DNA from: Roseofilum halophilum BLCC-M91
Lineage (GTDB): Bacteria; Cyanobacteriota; Cyanobacteriia; Cyanobacteriales; Desertifilaceae
NCBI RefSeq assembly: GCF_030068445.1
Contig: NZ_JAQPOK010000012.1
Location: forward strand, 1-32,000
Direction of reading: 5' to 3'
DNA: 32,000 bases
A model generated the notes under the pieces. The model worked only from the letters and a program-made list of their open reading frames with translations. It ran no database searches and was not told where the DNA came from. This document shows, one piece after another, positions 1 through 7,135 of this stretch (position 1 is the stretch's first letter; each line of letters starts with the position of its first letter). A program made the translations under genes and the position numbers.

Positions 1-99
1 GCCGCAGGACTTGCGGTGTCAGTCTGTGGAGCGAGTGTAAGACCAGAGCAGAGTAAATCTGTGAAGGCAACTGCTATGAAGCAGAAACCTAAATTGTGA
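1..99 (+). CDS. tnpB: 3' end of an IS200/IS605-family tnpB-like (RNA-guided endonuclease) gene, 5'-truncated by the window edge
   Basis: Frame 1 is open from base 1 to TGA at 97-99 and reads AAGLAVSVCGASVRPEQSKSVKATAMKQKPKL*. This G..A.S.CG....MKQ.P tail matches my recollection of cyanobacterial TnpB/OrfB C-termini. Only 32 aa are visible. Confidence 0.4.
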   Translation, partial: AAGLAVSVCGASVRPEQSKSVKATAMKQKPKL

Positions 100-142
100 G
101 ATTTAGGAATCACCGTCCTTCTAGGGCGGTGAGGATGTCAAC
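1..142 (+). ncRNA. Putative omega-RNA/reRNA scaffold overlapping the tnpB 3' end; probable IS right end near 142
   Basis: Two hairpins are present: cctaaat(88-94)/atttagg(101-107) and tcaccg(110-115)/cggtga(127-132). They are followed by GGATGTCAAC ending at 142, which resembles the scaffold termini of TnpB/Cas12f guide RNAs. The boundaries are inferred. Confidence 0.3.
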
Positions 143-381
143 TTAACCTGTGTCAGACCATTAACTCGATAAAAGTTACCCTCTCCTCTGGGAGATTGCG
201 ATTTTAAGTATTTTTATTTATAAATAAGGTACATTAATGGCGGTTTTTGTCCGCTTGCTCAAAGCTAGATTGAGTTTGTTGGTTGCTCCCCCCATTCCCC
301 TATTCCCCCACGACAGGGCGCAAAGCTCTGTATCAGGGGATTCCAGGAGTGCGGCGCTTCTCTTTTCCTATTAACCGGATT

Positions 382-1326
382 TTAATTTTGAATGGTATCA
401 GTTGGATTTTCAGTGTCCGAGCTACCCCAAGGCAATTTACACAAAATGCGACTGGTTCCCCGTTTTGCGGAGGATTCAGGAGAGGGAACTTCAAGTAATT
501 CTAAGCTGCCGTGCATCAGTTCTAAGAGCAGTTTATTAGCCATGAGGGTGAGTCCTGGGGAGGGGGAGCCATTCCAAGTCAATTCTGAGTCAGGGGGAGT
601 ATTTAATAAATCAATGGGTTCTTGCCAACAGTCGGGGGAGCGTTGATCTTCGAGATAGAGATAAACTTGTTGGGTTTCGGGAACTGGATCGGCATGAAGG
701 TGAATAGAACCTTCACTCATGTGGGCGATCGCACTATCGACTAAGCTGGTTAAGACTTGTCTGAGGCGACGTAAATCGGCTTTGACATAAATTTCGGGGT
801 CAGGCATGACAATATTGAGGTTTAAATTGCGATTGGCTGCCTGCAAGTAAGTTAAATCATAGATGTCTTGAAAGACCTCGGTTAAGGGAATGGTTTCGAT
901 TTCCATCACATCGGTTCCTTGCTCGGTTTTGGAAATGATCACCATTTCATCAATGAGCTTAATGAGCTTGAGGGCAGAATCATGAGCTTTGGCGATAAAT
1001 TCCCGTTCCTCTTCTGGGGAGTCACAGAGGTCATTGAGAATCAGTTGATGCATTCCGATCAAACCGTTGAGAGGCGATCGCAATTCATGGGAAATTCTGC
1101 CTAAAAATCCTTGCTTGAACTGGGCCATATCGGTTGCCATTTGATAAGCCAGTTTAAGCTGTTGCACATCATCCCCATCGGACGAAGAAGCAGAGTGATT
1201 GCGGTTCATTGTTGTATTCCTTGAGCGTTTCCGATTCTTCCACAGGGTGCGACTGATACTCAGCCCCGCCATGCCTACGATCAGTCCCGATGTAAACTGT
1301 AACCAATTCCCCCAATCCATACCCAT
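382..1326 (-). CDS. Membrane-anchored sensor histidine kinase with a degenerate ATP-binding domain
   Basis: The N-terminus has a hydrophobic helix (WLQFTSGLIVGMAGLSI). The HisKA H-box is FLGRISHELRSPLNGLIG. The C-terminal HATPase-like region lacks a clear N box (LVDSAIAHM) and G1 box, and its G2 box is only partial (SPGLTL). Confidence 0.8.
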   Translation of the reverse strand: MGMDWGNWLQFTSGLIVGMAGLSISRTLWKNRKRSRNTTMNRNHSASSSDGDDVQQLKLAYQMATDMAQFKQGFLGRISHELRSPLNGLIGMHQLILNDLCDSPEEEREFIAKAHDSALKLIKLIDEMVIISKTEQGTDVMEIETIPLTEVFQDIYDLTYLQAANRNLNLNIVMPDPEIYVKADLRRLRQVLTSLVDSAIAHMSEGSIHLHADPVPETQQVYLYLEDQRSPDCWQEPIDLLNTPPDSELTWNGSPSPGLTLMANKLLLELMHGSLELLEVPSPESSAKRGTSRILCKLPWGSSDTENPTDTIQN

Positions 1327-1342
1327 TTTTAATTTTTAATTT

Positions 1343-1930
1343 TTAATTGATCTTAACGGCTCCTTGCCGTAAAATCTCCCAATCTTTTCCTGTCCAACGG
1401 GCGACAGTTGAGGGAATACCACTGGCTGAGGTTTCAGGGTTAAACTCATCCGATTTCAGGGTTAGCACTTGGGGGAATTCGGCGGCAATCTCGGCTAGAG
1501 TTTCTAGGGCAGGATGGCCGGAGCGGTTGGCGCTGGTGGTGGCGAGAGGCCCGGTTTGAGCGAGAATGGTTTGGGCGATCGCACAATTGGGTATCCTCAA
1601 GCCAATACTGGTGGGATTTTGGGGATTCAGTTCTTTGGGAACGGCCGGGGATGCGGGTAACACTAGGGTAAGCATTCCCGGCCAATGCTGCTTGGCCACC
1701 TGTTGCCAAATTTGCTGCTCTTCTGGCGTTCCCTGACAAAAAGGCCAAAGGTCTTCCGGAGCAGCCCCCATCAGGATCAGAGGTTTGTCTAAACTGCGGT
1801 TTTTAGCCTCAAAAATCAGGGGGGCGCACGGGGGCAGAGCGGCTAAAGCGGGTACAGTATCCGTGGGGAAGCTCACCAACTGACCCGCTTTTACACCCAC
1901 AATCAGTTCCTGGAGAGGGACTTGGCTCAT
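1343..1930 (-). CDS. tsaC: L-threonylcarbamoyladenylate synthase (YrdC/TsaC type)
   Basis: YrdC-domain motifs are present (FPTDTVPALAA, LILMG, TSANRSGHP). Its start overlaps the upstream gene's stop in an ATGA overlap at 1927-1930. Confidence 0.85.
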   Translation of the reverse strand: MSQVPLQELIVGVKAGQLVSFPTDTVPALAALPPCAPLIFEAKNRSLDKPLILMGAAPEDLWPFCQGTPEEQQIWQQVAKQHWPGMLTLVLPASPAVPKELNPQNPTSIGLRIPNCAIAQTILAQTGPLATTSANRSGHPALETLAEIAAEFPQVLTLKSDEFNPETSASGIPSTVARWTGKDWEILRQGAVKIN

Positions 1931-2562
1931 GGGGAATCTTCCTCTTCCTCCTCTTCGATGTCCTCCTCTGTTTCCCTCGCCGGTGGGGGTAAAATTTGCT
2001 CTGGGGTAATCAGGCGATCGTCTTTGATAATGGCGATAATCATTTGGATCGATTCCATTACCCCAGGGCTTTCCACAAATTGTTGATGCTCCGTGACCGA
2101 GTTAGCCAGGCGAGTAAGAATTTTACTAAAGGATTTATCTTTAGCCTGTACGGTCTGTTCTTCGGTCAGTTTTTGCCCTTTTTCAGCAGCCTCTAAAATC
2201 GGTAATAGGGGCGTGGCCTCTTGGATGGCTTGCCCGCGATTAATCAGTAAATCGATTAGGGTAACCACGTCTCGCGCCGCTTTTTGTAGGGGCAATTCTT
2301 CCTCTGTAGCGGCGCTAGATGAGTCTATGGCAGGCCCAGAGGCTCCAGGGGCAAAAAGAACATTTTCTAGGGATAACCCATCGGGAAAGCCCTCTAATTG
2401 CCCTTCTTGCCACAATTCGATTGCCTTGTCTAAGGCTTTTTGGCGGTTGCCTTCGGTGTTGCGACGACCTTCAACGGCGATCAGGGTTCCTTTTTGGTCT
2501 TCCGGGGGAACACTCAGGTCATCGACGATCAGATAATTAACAGTTGCTTTTTTGCGACCCAT
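1927..2562 (-). CDS. Hypothetical protein with an acidic C-terminus
   Basis: This 211-aa ORF contains HIP1-like sites and is translationally coupled to tsaC. I recognise no domain. Confidence 0.55.
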   Translation of the reverse strand: MGRKKATVNYLIVDDLSVPPEDQKGTLIAVEGRRNTEGNRQKALDKAIELWQEGQLEGFPDGLSLENVLFAPGASGPAIDSSSAATEEELPLQKAARDVVTLIDLLINRGQAIQEATPLLPILEAAEKGQKLTEEQTVQAKDKSFSKILTRLANSVTEHQQFVESPGVMESIQMIIAIIKDDRLITPEQILPPPARETEEDIEEEEEEDSP

Positions 2563-2689
2563 GAAGTTTATAGCAGATGAAAAGCGCTATCTCAGTTTAC
2601 CGTATGGGTGACAAAGATGACTTGAGGAGGGAGAAAGGAGCGCGGCGATCGCCCAGACTGATAAAATAAACCTATCAACCTAATCTTCA

Positions 2690-3442
2690 GTGTCTGGGAT
2701 GAATGATTCTGCCGCCTTTTATCTTTATGGTATTTTTCCCGCTCCAGGGCCGCAACACTTAGATGGGGTAGGCTTGGATAAACAACCGGTTCATGCTCAC
2801 CGAGTGGATCGATTTACATTTCTTTACTCGGAAGCCAAGCAAGACCGGTATTTGGCCAGTCGTCGGAATCTGTTGTCCCATGAACGGGTACTAGAAGAAG
2901 CGATGCAAGCGGGATATCCCACGGTTTTGCCTCTGCAATTTGGCTTAACGGTGGACAATTGGCAAGAGGTGGAAGCACTGCTAATTGAGCCTTATCGAGA
3001 CCAGTTAACGACGTTATTTGAGAAACTGAAGGGTCATCGAGAGGTGAGCGTGAAGGTGTTGTGGGAGATGGAGGAGGAGTTACAACAGCTTTTGGCGGAA
3101 AATGAGGATCTAAGGCAAAAGCGCGATCGCCTGGAAGGACAACCCCTAGCGATGGATCAGGTGATTGGCATTGGTCAAGCGCTGGAGCAAGCTTTGCAGC
3201 GTCGCCAGGATCGGATTATAAGCGAATTTCAACAGGTGCTGAATCCGTTGGCGATCGAGGTCATTGAAAACGACACCCTTACCGATGCCATGATTTACAA
3301 CACCGCTTATCTTATTCCTTGGGATGATGAACCCAAATTCTCACAGCAAGTCGAGCATTTAGATCTGCAATTTGAAGGCCGTTTGCGAATTCGGTATAAT
3401 AATTTTACCGCTCCATTCAACTTTGCCAAATTAGAGGATTAA
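2690..3442 (+). CDS. gvpF: Gas vesicle protein, GvpL/GvpF family
   Basis: The N-terminus YLYGIFPAP...LDGVGLD...V..H and the overall ~250-aa layout are typical of GvpF/L. The start is GTG at 2690, with an alternative ATG at 2699. gvpG follows directly. Confidence 0.85.
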   Translation: MSGMNDSAAFYLYGIFPAPGPQHLDGVGLDKQPVHAHRVDRFTFLYSEAKQDRYLASRRNLLSHERVLEEAMQAGYPTVLPLQFGLTVDNWQEVEALLIEPYRDQLTTLFEKLKGHREVSVKVLWEMEEELQQLLAENEDLRQKRDRLEGQPLAMDQVIGIGQALEQALQRRQDRIISEFQQVLNPLAIEVIENDTLTDAMIYNTAYLIPWDDEPKFSQQVEHLDLQFEGRLRIRYNNFTAPFNFAKLED

Positions 3443-3458
3443 CCTCTGGGATTTCAAC

Positions 3459-3701
3459 ATGATTATCAAATTACTCACCCTACCCGTTCTTGGCCCCATT
3501 GAAGGAATGCTCTGGATTGGCGAACAAGTCCTAGAACATGCCAACGCCGAGTTAAATGATAAGGAAGATTTGAACAAGAAATTGCTCACCCTTCAGTTGG
3601 CCTTTGATATGGGTGATATTTCCGAAGAAGAATTTGAAGAACAAGAAGAAGCCCTCTTACTCGCGATTCAGGAGCTAGAAGACGAGAATAACGAAGAATG
3701 A
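3459..3701 (+). CDS. gvpG: Gas vesicle protein GvpG
   Basis: MIIKLLTLPVLGPIEGMLWIGEQVLEHA followed by an acidic tail is the characteristic GvpG pattern. The gene lies 17 nt after gvpF/L. Confidence 0.85.
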   Translation: MIIKLLTLPVLGPIEGMLWIGEQVLEHANAELNDKEDLNKKLLTLQLAFDMGDISEEEFEEQEEALLLAIQELEDENNEE

Positions 3702-3862
3702 ACCATTACCGATCGCGATCGGGGTAGAAACAAGGCATGTCTTCATCTGTAGGGGCGGGTTATACCCATATTTTTGTAAACCCGCACGAACCCACTGTCT
3801 GTACAGTACGCAGAAAGTAGCAACCCTTTAAGGATTTGATCTGACTAACGCACCCACCCCTT

Positions 3863-4096
3863 CTAACTGGGTAAAGGAATGTCATCGCCACATTCCCAAG
3901 CGGTTTCGAGCCAGGCAGTTTTAGCGTCTTGGATATTGGCAACAGCTTCTTCTAGGGTATCTCCTTGAGAAATACATCCGGGTAAGTCGGCGATCGCCAC
4001 CGTATATCCTCCCTCTACTTCTGGGTATAGTGTAATGGGATAGCTTAAATTAAGATAATCTTGCAAGGTTTGCGGCTTAATCTTGATTTTCATCAT
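3863..4096 (-). CDS. hicB: Type II antitoxin HicB (short form)
   Basis: YPITLYPEVEGGYTVAIADLPGCISQGDTLEEAVANIQDA is the HicB N-terminal fold signature. The likely start is the MM pair at 4096/4093, which overlaps the hicA 3' end. The longer ORF starting at 4138 is unlikely. Confidence 0.8.
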   Translation of the reverse strand: MMKIKIKPQTLQDYLNLSYPITLYPEVEGGYTVAIADLPGCISQGDTLEEAVANIQDAKTAWLETAWECGDDIPLPS

Positions 4097-4334
4097 TCCA
4101 TTCTTCCAGATTAAGAAGTTTGACAATTTGTTGGACATAGACTCGTTTTACCATTTTGCCACCTGTTTTTGGAACTGTAATTTTTAGACCATCTTGGTTA
4201 CGAAATGTGTGATGACTGCCTTTAGATCGCTTTTCTTCAAAACCAAATGATTCCAAAAGATATTGCACTTGATTGAATCGGACTTCGGGAGGGTCTCTTA
4301 AAAACAATTCAATGAGTTTTTCTAGTTTACTCAT
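4077..4334 (-). CDS. hicA: Type II toxin HicA (mRNA interferase)
   Basis: The core KGSHHTFRN...ITVPKTGGKMVKRVYVQQIVKLL is HicA/YcfA-like. The gene sits upstream of hicB and overlaps it. Confidence 0.8.
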   Translation of the reverse strand: MSKLEKLIELFLRDPPEVRFNQVQYLLESFGFEEKRSKGSHHTFRNQDGLKITVPKTGGKMVKRVYVQQIVKLLNLEEWNDENQD

Positions 4335-4386
4335 ATTTTCTTTATTTTCAAGGATATCAATTAAAAATCACAGGTGCAGGAATTCT

Positions 4387-4713
4387 CTAGTAATCTAACA
4401 AGAATGTCTCATAACTAGTCGATCGCCCTGATGTTTTTTTAGTCGGATTGAGTCCGGGTAAGGAAGGGTTAGAAGCGCTGGTAGCGCCGGGAGCTGGGGT
4501 GTTTTTTTTTAGTCGATCCATCTGACGATTAATGATCGCCAAGCGTTTCTCAATCTGCTGACTCCGTTGCTCAATGGTTTGCAGTTCATTCGCCAGTCTT
4601 TGTTTTTCTACTGCGAGTTGATAGAGATTCAGATAATCCGATGCTTCCGACTCTTGACGGGGGATGGTGCTGATTTTCGGGGGAATGCTACGGCGAGAAA
4701 TAGGGCGTTTCAT
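4387..4713 (-). CDS. Coiled-coil protein; possibly gas-vesicle-associated (GvpV-like) by position only
   Basis: This 108-aa ORF has a central heptad-rich segment (YLNLYQLAVEKQRLANELQTIEQRSQQIEKRLAIINRQMDRL) and a Pro/Ser-rich tail. It is in reverse orientation after gvpG, as described for gvpV in some cyanobacterial gvp clusters. The identity is not verified. Confidence 0.5.
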   Translation of the reverse strand: MKRPISRRSIPPKISTIPRQESEASDYLNLYQLAVEKQRLANELQTIEQRSQQIEKRLAIINRQMDRLKKNTPAPGATSASNPSLPGLNPTKKTSGRSTSYETFLLDY

Positions 4714-4780
4714 AAGCTGGTAATGGGTGTATCAATTCTTGATTTTACGGTGAGGGACTCACAATCCGCTTTGGAGTCAA

Positions 4781-4915
4781 TCAACGATGGGGTTTATTGC
4801 TCATTTCTTCAAGCTTTTTAATATCATCGTATAAGGCTTTCAGATCCCAATTGAATTGGGCAGCATAGGCCTCGCGGATAGCTCTAATCTCTTCGACAAT
4901 TGGATCATGTTTCAT
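4781..4915 (-). CDS. Small 44-aa ORF, below the ORF-track cutoff
   Basis: Hand translation gives MKHDPIVEEIRAIREAYAAQFNWDLKALYDDIKKLEEMSNKPHR*. A GAGGA motif lies ~7 nt upstream of the ATG. The ORF is 67 nt upstream of the 108-aa gene on the same strand. Confidence 0.4.
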   Translation of the reverse strand: MKHDPIVEEIRAIREAYAAQFNWDLKALYDDIKKLEEMSNKPHR

Positions 4916-5013
4916 TGTTCATCCTCTATAAGTTCTTCTATTGAGTGCTTACTGGTCTAGTTTACCGGATAAAATGGAAGTTAGACTTATCCTCAATAAT
5001 TTGTAAACTCAGA

Positions 5014-5466
5014 ATGATGACGATTTATTTCTATTCTACTCGTGAAAAGCCTTATGGCTGTTTCTCCAATTTTTCAGCCCATGGGTTTATGTTAGATGAG
5101 TTATGGTGGCCCACTAGCGAGCATTATTTTCAAGCGCAAAAGTTTGTAACCACCGATGCAGCGTGGTTTGAGCAGATTCAAAGGGCGAAAACCCCGAAAG
5201 ATGCGGCAAAAATGGGACGCGATCGCACCCATCCCCTACGAGAAGATTGGGAACAGGTGAAAGAGGAGATTATGTTTCAGGGAGTGTTGCAAAAGTTCAC
5301 AACCCATGAGGAGCTACGGCAGATTTTGTTAGAAACGGGAGAAGAAGAAATTGTTGAAAACTCCCCCATTGACTATTATTGGGGATGCGGGAAGGACGGA
5401 AGCGGCAAAAATCGGTTAGGGGTCATTTTGATGCACGTACGTGAAGAACTCCGTAATATTTGTTAA
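5014..5466 (+). CDS. NADAR (YbiA/DUF1768) family protein
   Basis: FYSTREKPYGCFSNFS...WPTSEHYFQAQKF...AKTPKDAAKMGR and YYWGCG are NADAR hallmarks. The start is chosen at the ATG pair 5014/5017 rather than the GTG at 4945. Confidence 0.8.
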   Translation: MMTIYFYSTREKPYGCFSNFSAHGFMLDELWWPTSEHYFQAQKFVTTDAAWFEQIQRAKTPKDAAKMGRDRTHPLREDWEQVKEEIMFQGVLQKFTTHEELRQILLETGEEEIVENSPIDYYWGCGKDGSGKNRLGVILMHVREELRNIC

Positions 5467-5529
5467 AGTTCTCCCCTATCCGTGACGCACAGGTGTAAAA
5501 TCGAGAACGGACTATAACTCCCACACCTC

Positions 5530-6387
5530 ATGAAGACCATTGCGATTTACCACAACAAAGGCGGAGTCGGGAAAACCACCACGGCAGTGAATCTTGCTGC
5601 TGCCTTTAGTAACAAAAATAAGCGCGTTTTGCTCATTGATATTGATGCTCAGGCTAACTCGACGTTTGCTACGGGGTTAATCAAGTTTCAATTTGAAGAA
5701 GATGATAACCTGAAAGATCGGAATATTCTACAAATTTTGAGTTCAGGGGAGTTGGATTTTATTCCCGAAATTGCCCGTAAATCCAAGGGGTTTAATATGC
5801 CAGAAATTGATGTGGTTCCTTCCCACATTACCCTGATTGATGAACAAGATAGGCTCAATCGTATCAGTGCTGTTCCGTTTCGCCTGAATACTAAGCTACA
5901 ACAAGTCGAGGATCGCTATGATATTGTGATTATTGACGCGCCCCCTTCGAGAGACCTCTATGCTCAGATTGCGTTAATTTCTGCTGACTATGTGATTATT
6001 CCTTCGGATATGAAACCCTTTTCTAATCAGGGACTCACGAATGTGAAAAAATTTATTCGTGAAATTAATGAGACTCGATCGACGATTGGTAAAGAACCTT
6101 TGGAAGTGTTAGGGGTTTTGGCTTCTAAAATTTTAACCAATAGTAAATACTTGGAATTTGTGTTTCCCAAGCAGAAACAAGCCGTCTTACAACGGTATCA
6201 GCTTTCGATGTTGAAGACGACGATCTATGAGAGGGTGGCACTTTCTCATTGTGTGAATCAAACGGTGAGTCGAGGCGATATGGAAATTCCTGACCCAAAA
6301 TCGGTGTTTGAGTTTGAGCGGGATGGGTATTCCGTGACAGAATTTAGAAATCTGTCGTCTGAAGTGATGCAAAAAATCGGTCTGTAA
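5530..6387 (+). CDS. parA: ParA/Soj-family P-loop ATPase
   Basis: It has the deviant Walker A motif YHNKGGVGKTTT, then LLIDIDAQANST and IVIIDAPPS. Confidence 0.9.
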   Translation: MKTIAIYHNKGGVGKTTTAVNLAAAFSNKNKRVLLIDIDAQANSTFATGLIKFQFEEDDNLKDRNILQILSSGELDFIPEIARKSKGFNMPEIDVVPSHITLIDEQDRLNRISAVPFRLNTKLQQVEDRYDIVIIDAPPSRDLYAQIALISADYVIIPSDMKPFSNQGLTNVKKFIREINETRSTIGKEPLEVLGVLASKILTNSKYLEFVFPKQKQAVLQRYQLSMLKTTIYERVALSHCVNQTVSRGDMEIPDPKSVFEFERDGYSVTEFRNLSSEVMQKIGL

Positions 6388-6389
6388 TT

Positions 6390-7100
6390 ATGAGCAAGTA
6401 TTATTTAGTGGATGTTAAAAGTATTCAGTCAAAGGTTTCTCGTTCAGAATTTGCTGTAGAGGAGTTGGAACATTTGGCTCAAAGTATTCTGAAGTCAGAT
6501 GGGTTGTTAATGCCTCTGATCTTAAAACAAACTGGGCCGGAATCTTATGAGGTGTTGGCGGGCGATCGCCAATATTATGCAGCCGTCAGAGCGAAGGAAA
6601 TCAATCTGCGTGCAGGGGAAATGGTGAATGCGTTTGTGGTTCCCCCCAAGTTGCAAGAGGCAGCCCTAGAGCAGGTTTCGGCGCTCCATCCGACACTGAC
6701 TCAGGGGGGGAATACCTGGACGGATACAGGAGCGACGGGAGCGGTAGAGCAACGTTTGAATAACCTGGAATCTCGCTTCGATCGCGCACTGCAAGATATG
6801 AAACAGATGCACCAACAGGCAATTCAGGAATTGCAACAGCAGATTGATGGCTTACAGGAACAAATTCCGGCGAAAATTGAGCCACTGGAGCTACTGAACC
6901 AGGGTAGTTCTGTGGAATTGCTGGAAAAACTGGCGATCGCCAATATACGGGGTAAAACCGCAGATAAAATCATTGATGGGATCGAGAAAGCCCGCAAAAA
7001 AGCGCCATTTAAGTCCTTCAGCGATGTCATCAAGCGAGTTCAAGGACTGGGAGACAAACGCATGATCTCCCTCCTCGATGCTTGGGAAAATCGCCTTTGA
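6390..7100 (+). CDS. Atypical ParB-N domain protein with a Q-rich coiled coil and a ComEA-like helix-hairpin-helix C-terminus
   Basis: The gene starts 2 nt after the parA stop. The N-terminus is ParB-like (VEELEHLAQSILKSDGLLMPLILKQ...YEVLAGDRQYYAAVRA). I see no central HTH. The C-terminus LLEKLAIANIRGKTADKIIDGIEKARKKAPFKSFSDVIKRVQGLGDKRMISLL resembles ComEA-type HhH. Confidence 0.7.
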   Translation: MSKYYLVDVKSIQSKVSRSEFAVEELEHLAQSILKSDGLLMPLILKQTGPESYEVLAGDRQYYAAVRAKEINLRAGEMVNAFVVPPKLQEAALEQVSALHPTLTQGGNTWTDTGATGAVEQRLNNLESRFDRALQDMKQMHQQAIQELQQQIDGLQEQIPAKIEPLELLNQGSSVELLEKLAIANIRGKTADKIIDGIEKARKKAPFKSFSDVIKRVQGLGDKRMISLLDAWENRL

Positions 7101-7135
7101 TATAATAACATAATTATGCCCATCGTTTAATAACA

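Noticed and set aside
3709-3722. The perfect palindrome ccgatcgcgatcgg after gvpG, considered as a terminator or protein site.
   Set aside because: It consists of two overlapping HIP1-like CGATCG cores. Such palindromes are expected by chance in a HIP1-rich genome, and it has no loop or U-tract.
3760-3942. A 60-aa ORF (-) overlapping the hicB 3' end.
   Set aside because: It overlaps hicB in another frame and extends into a repeat-like hairpin region (gcgggtt at 3755-3761 pairing with aacccgc at 3779-3785), so it is probably spurious.
4434-4510. T7 and T9 homopolymer runs (A-runs on the coding strand) inside the 108-aa gene, considered as possible phase-variation tracts.
   Set aside because: The runs are short for slippage-based switching, and the reading frame is intact. 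Without population data this is just Lys-codon usage.
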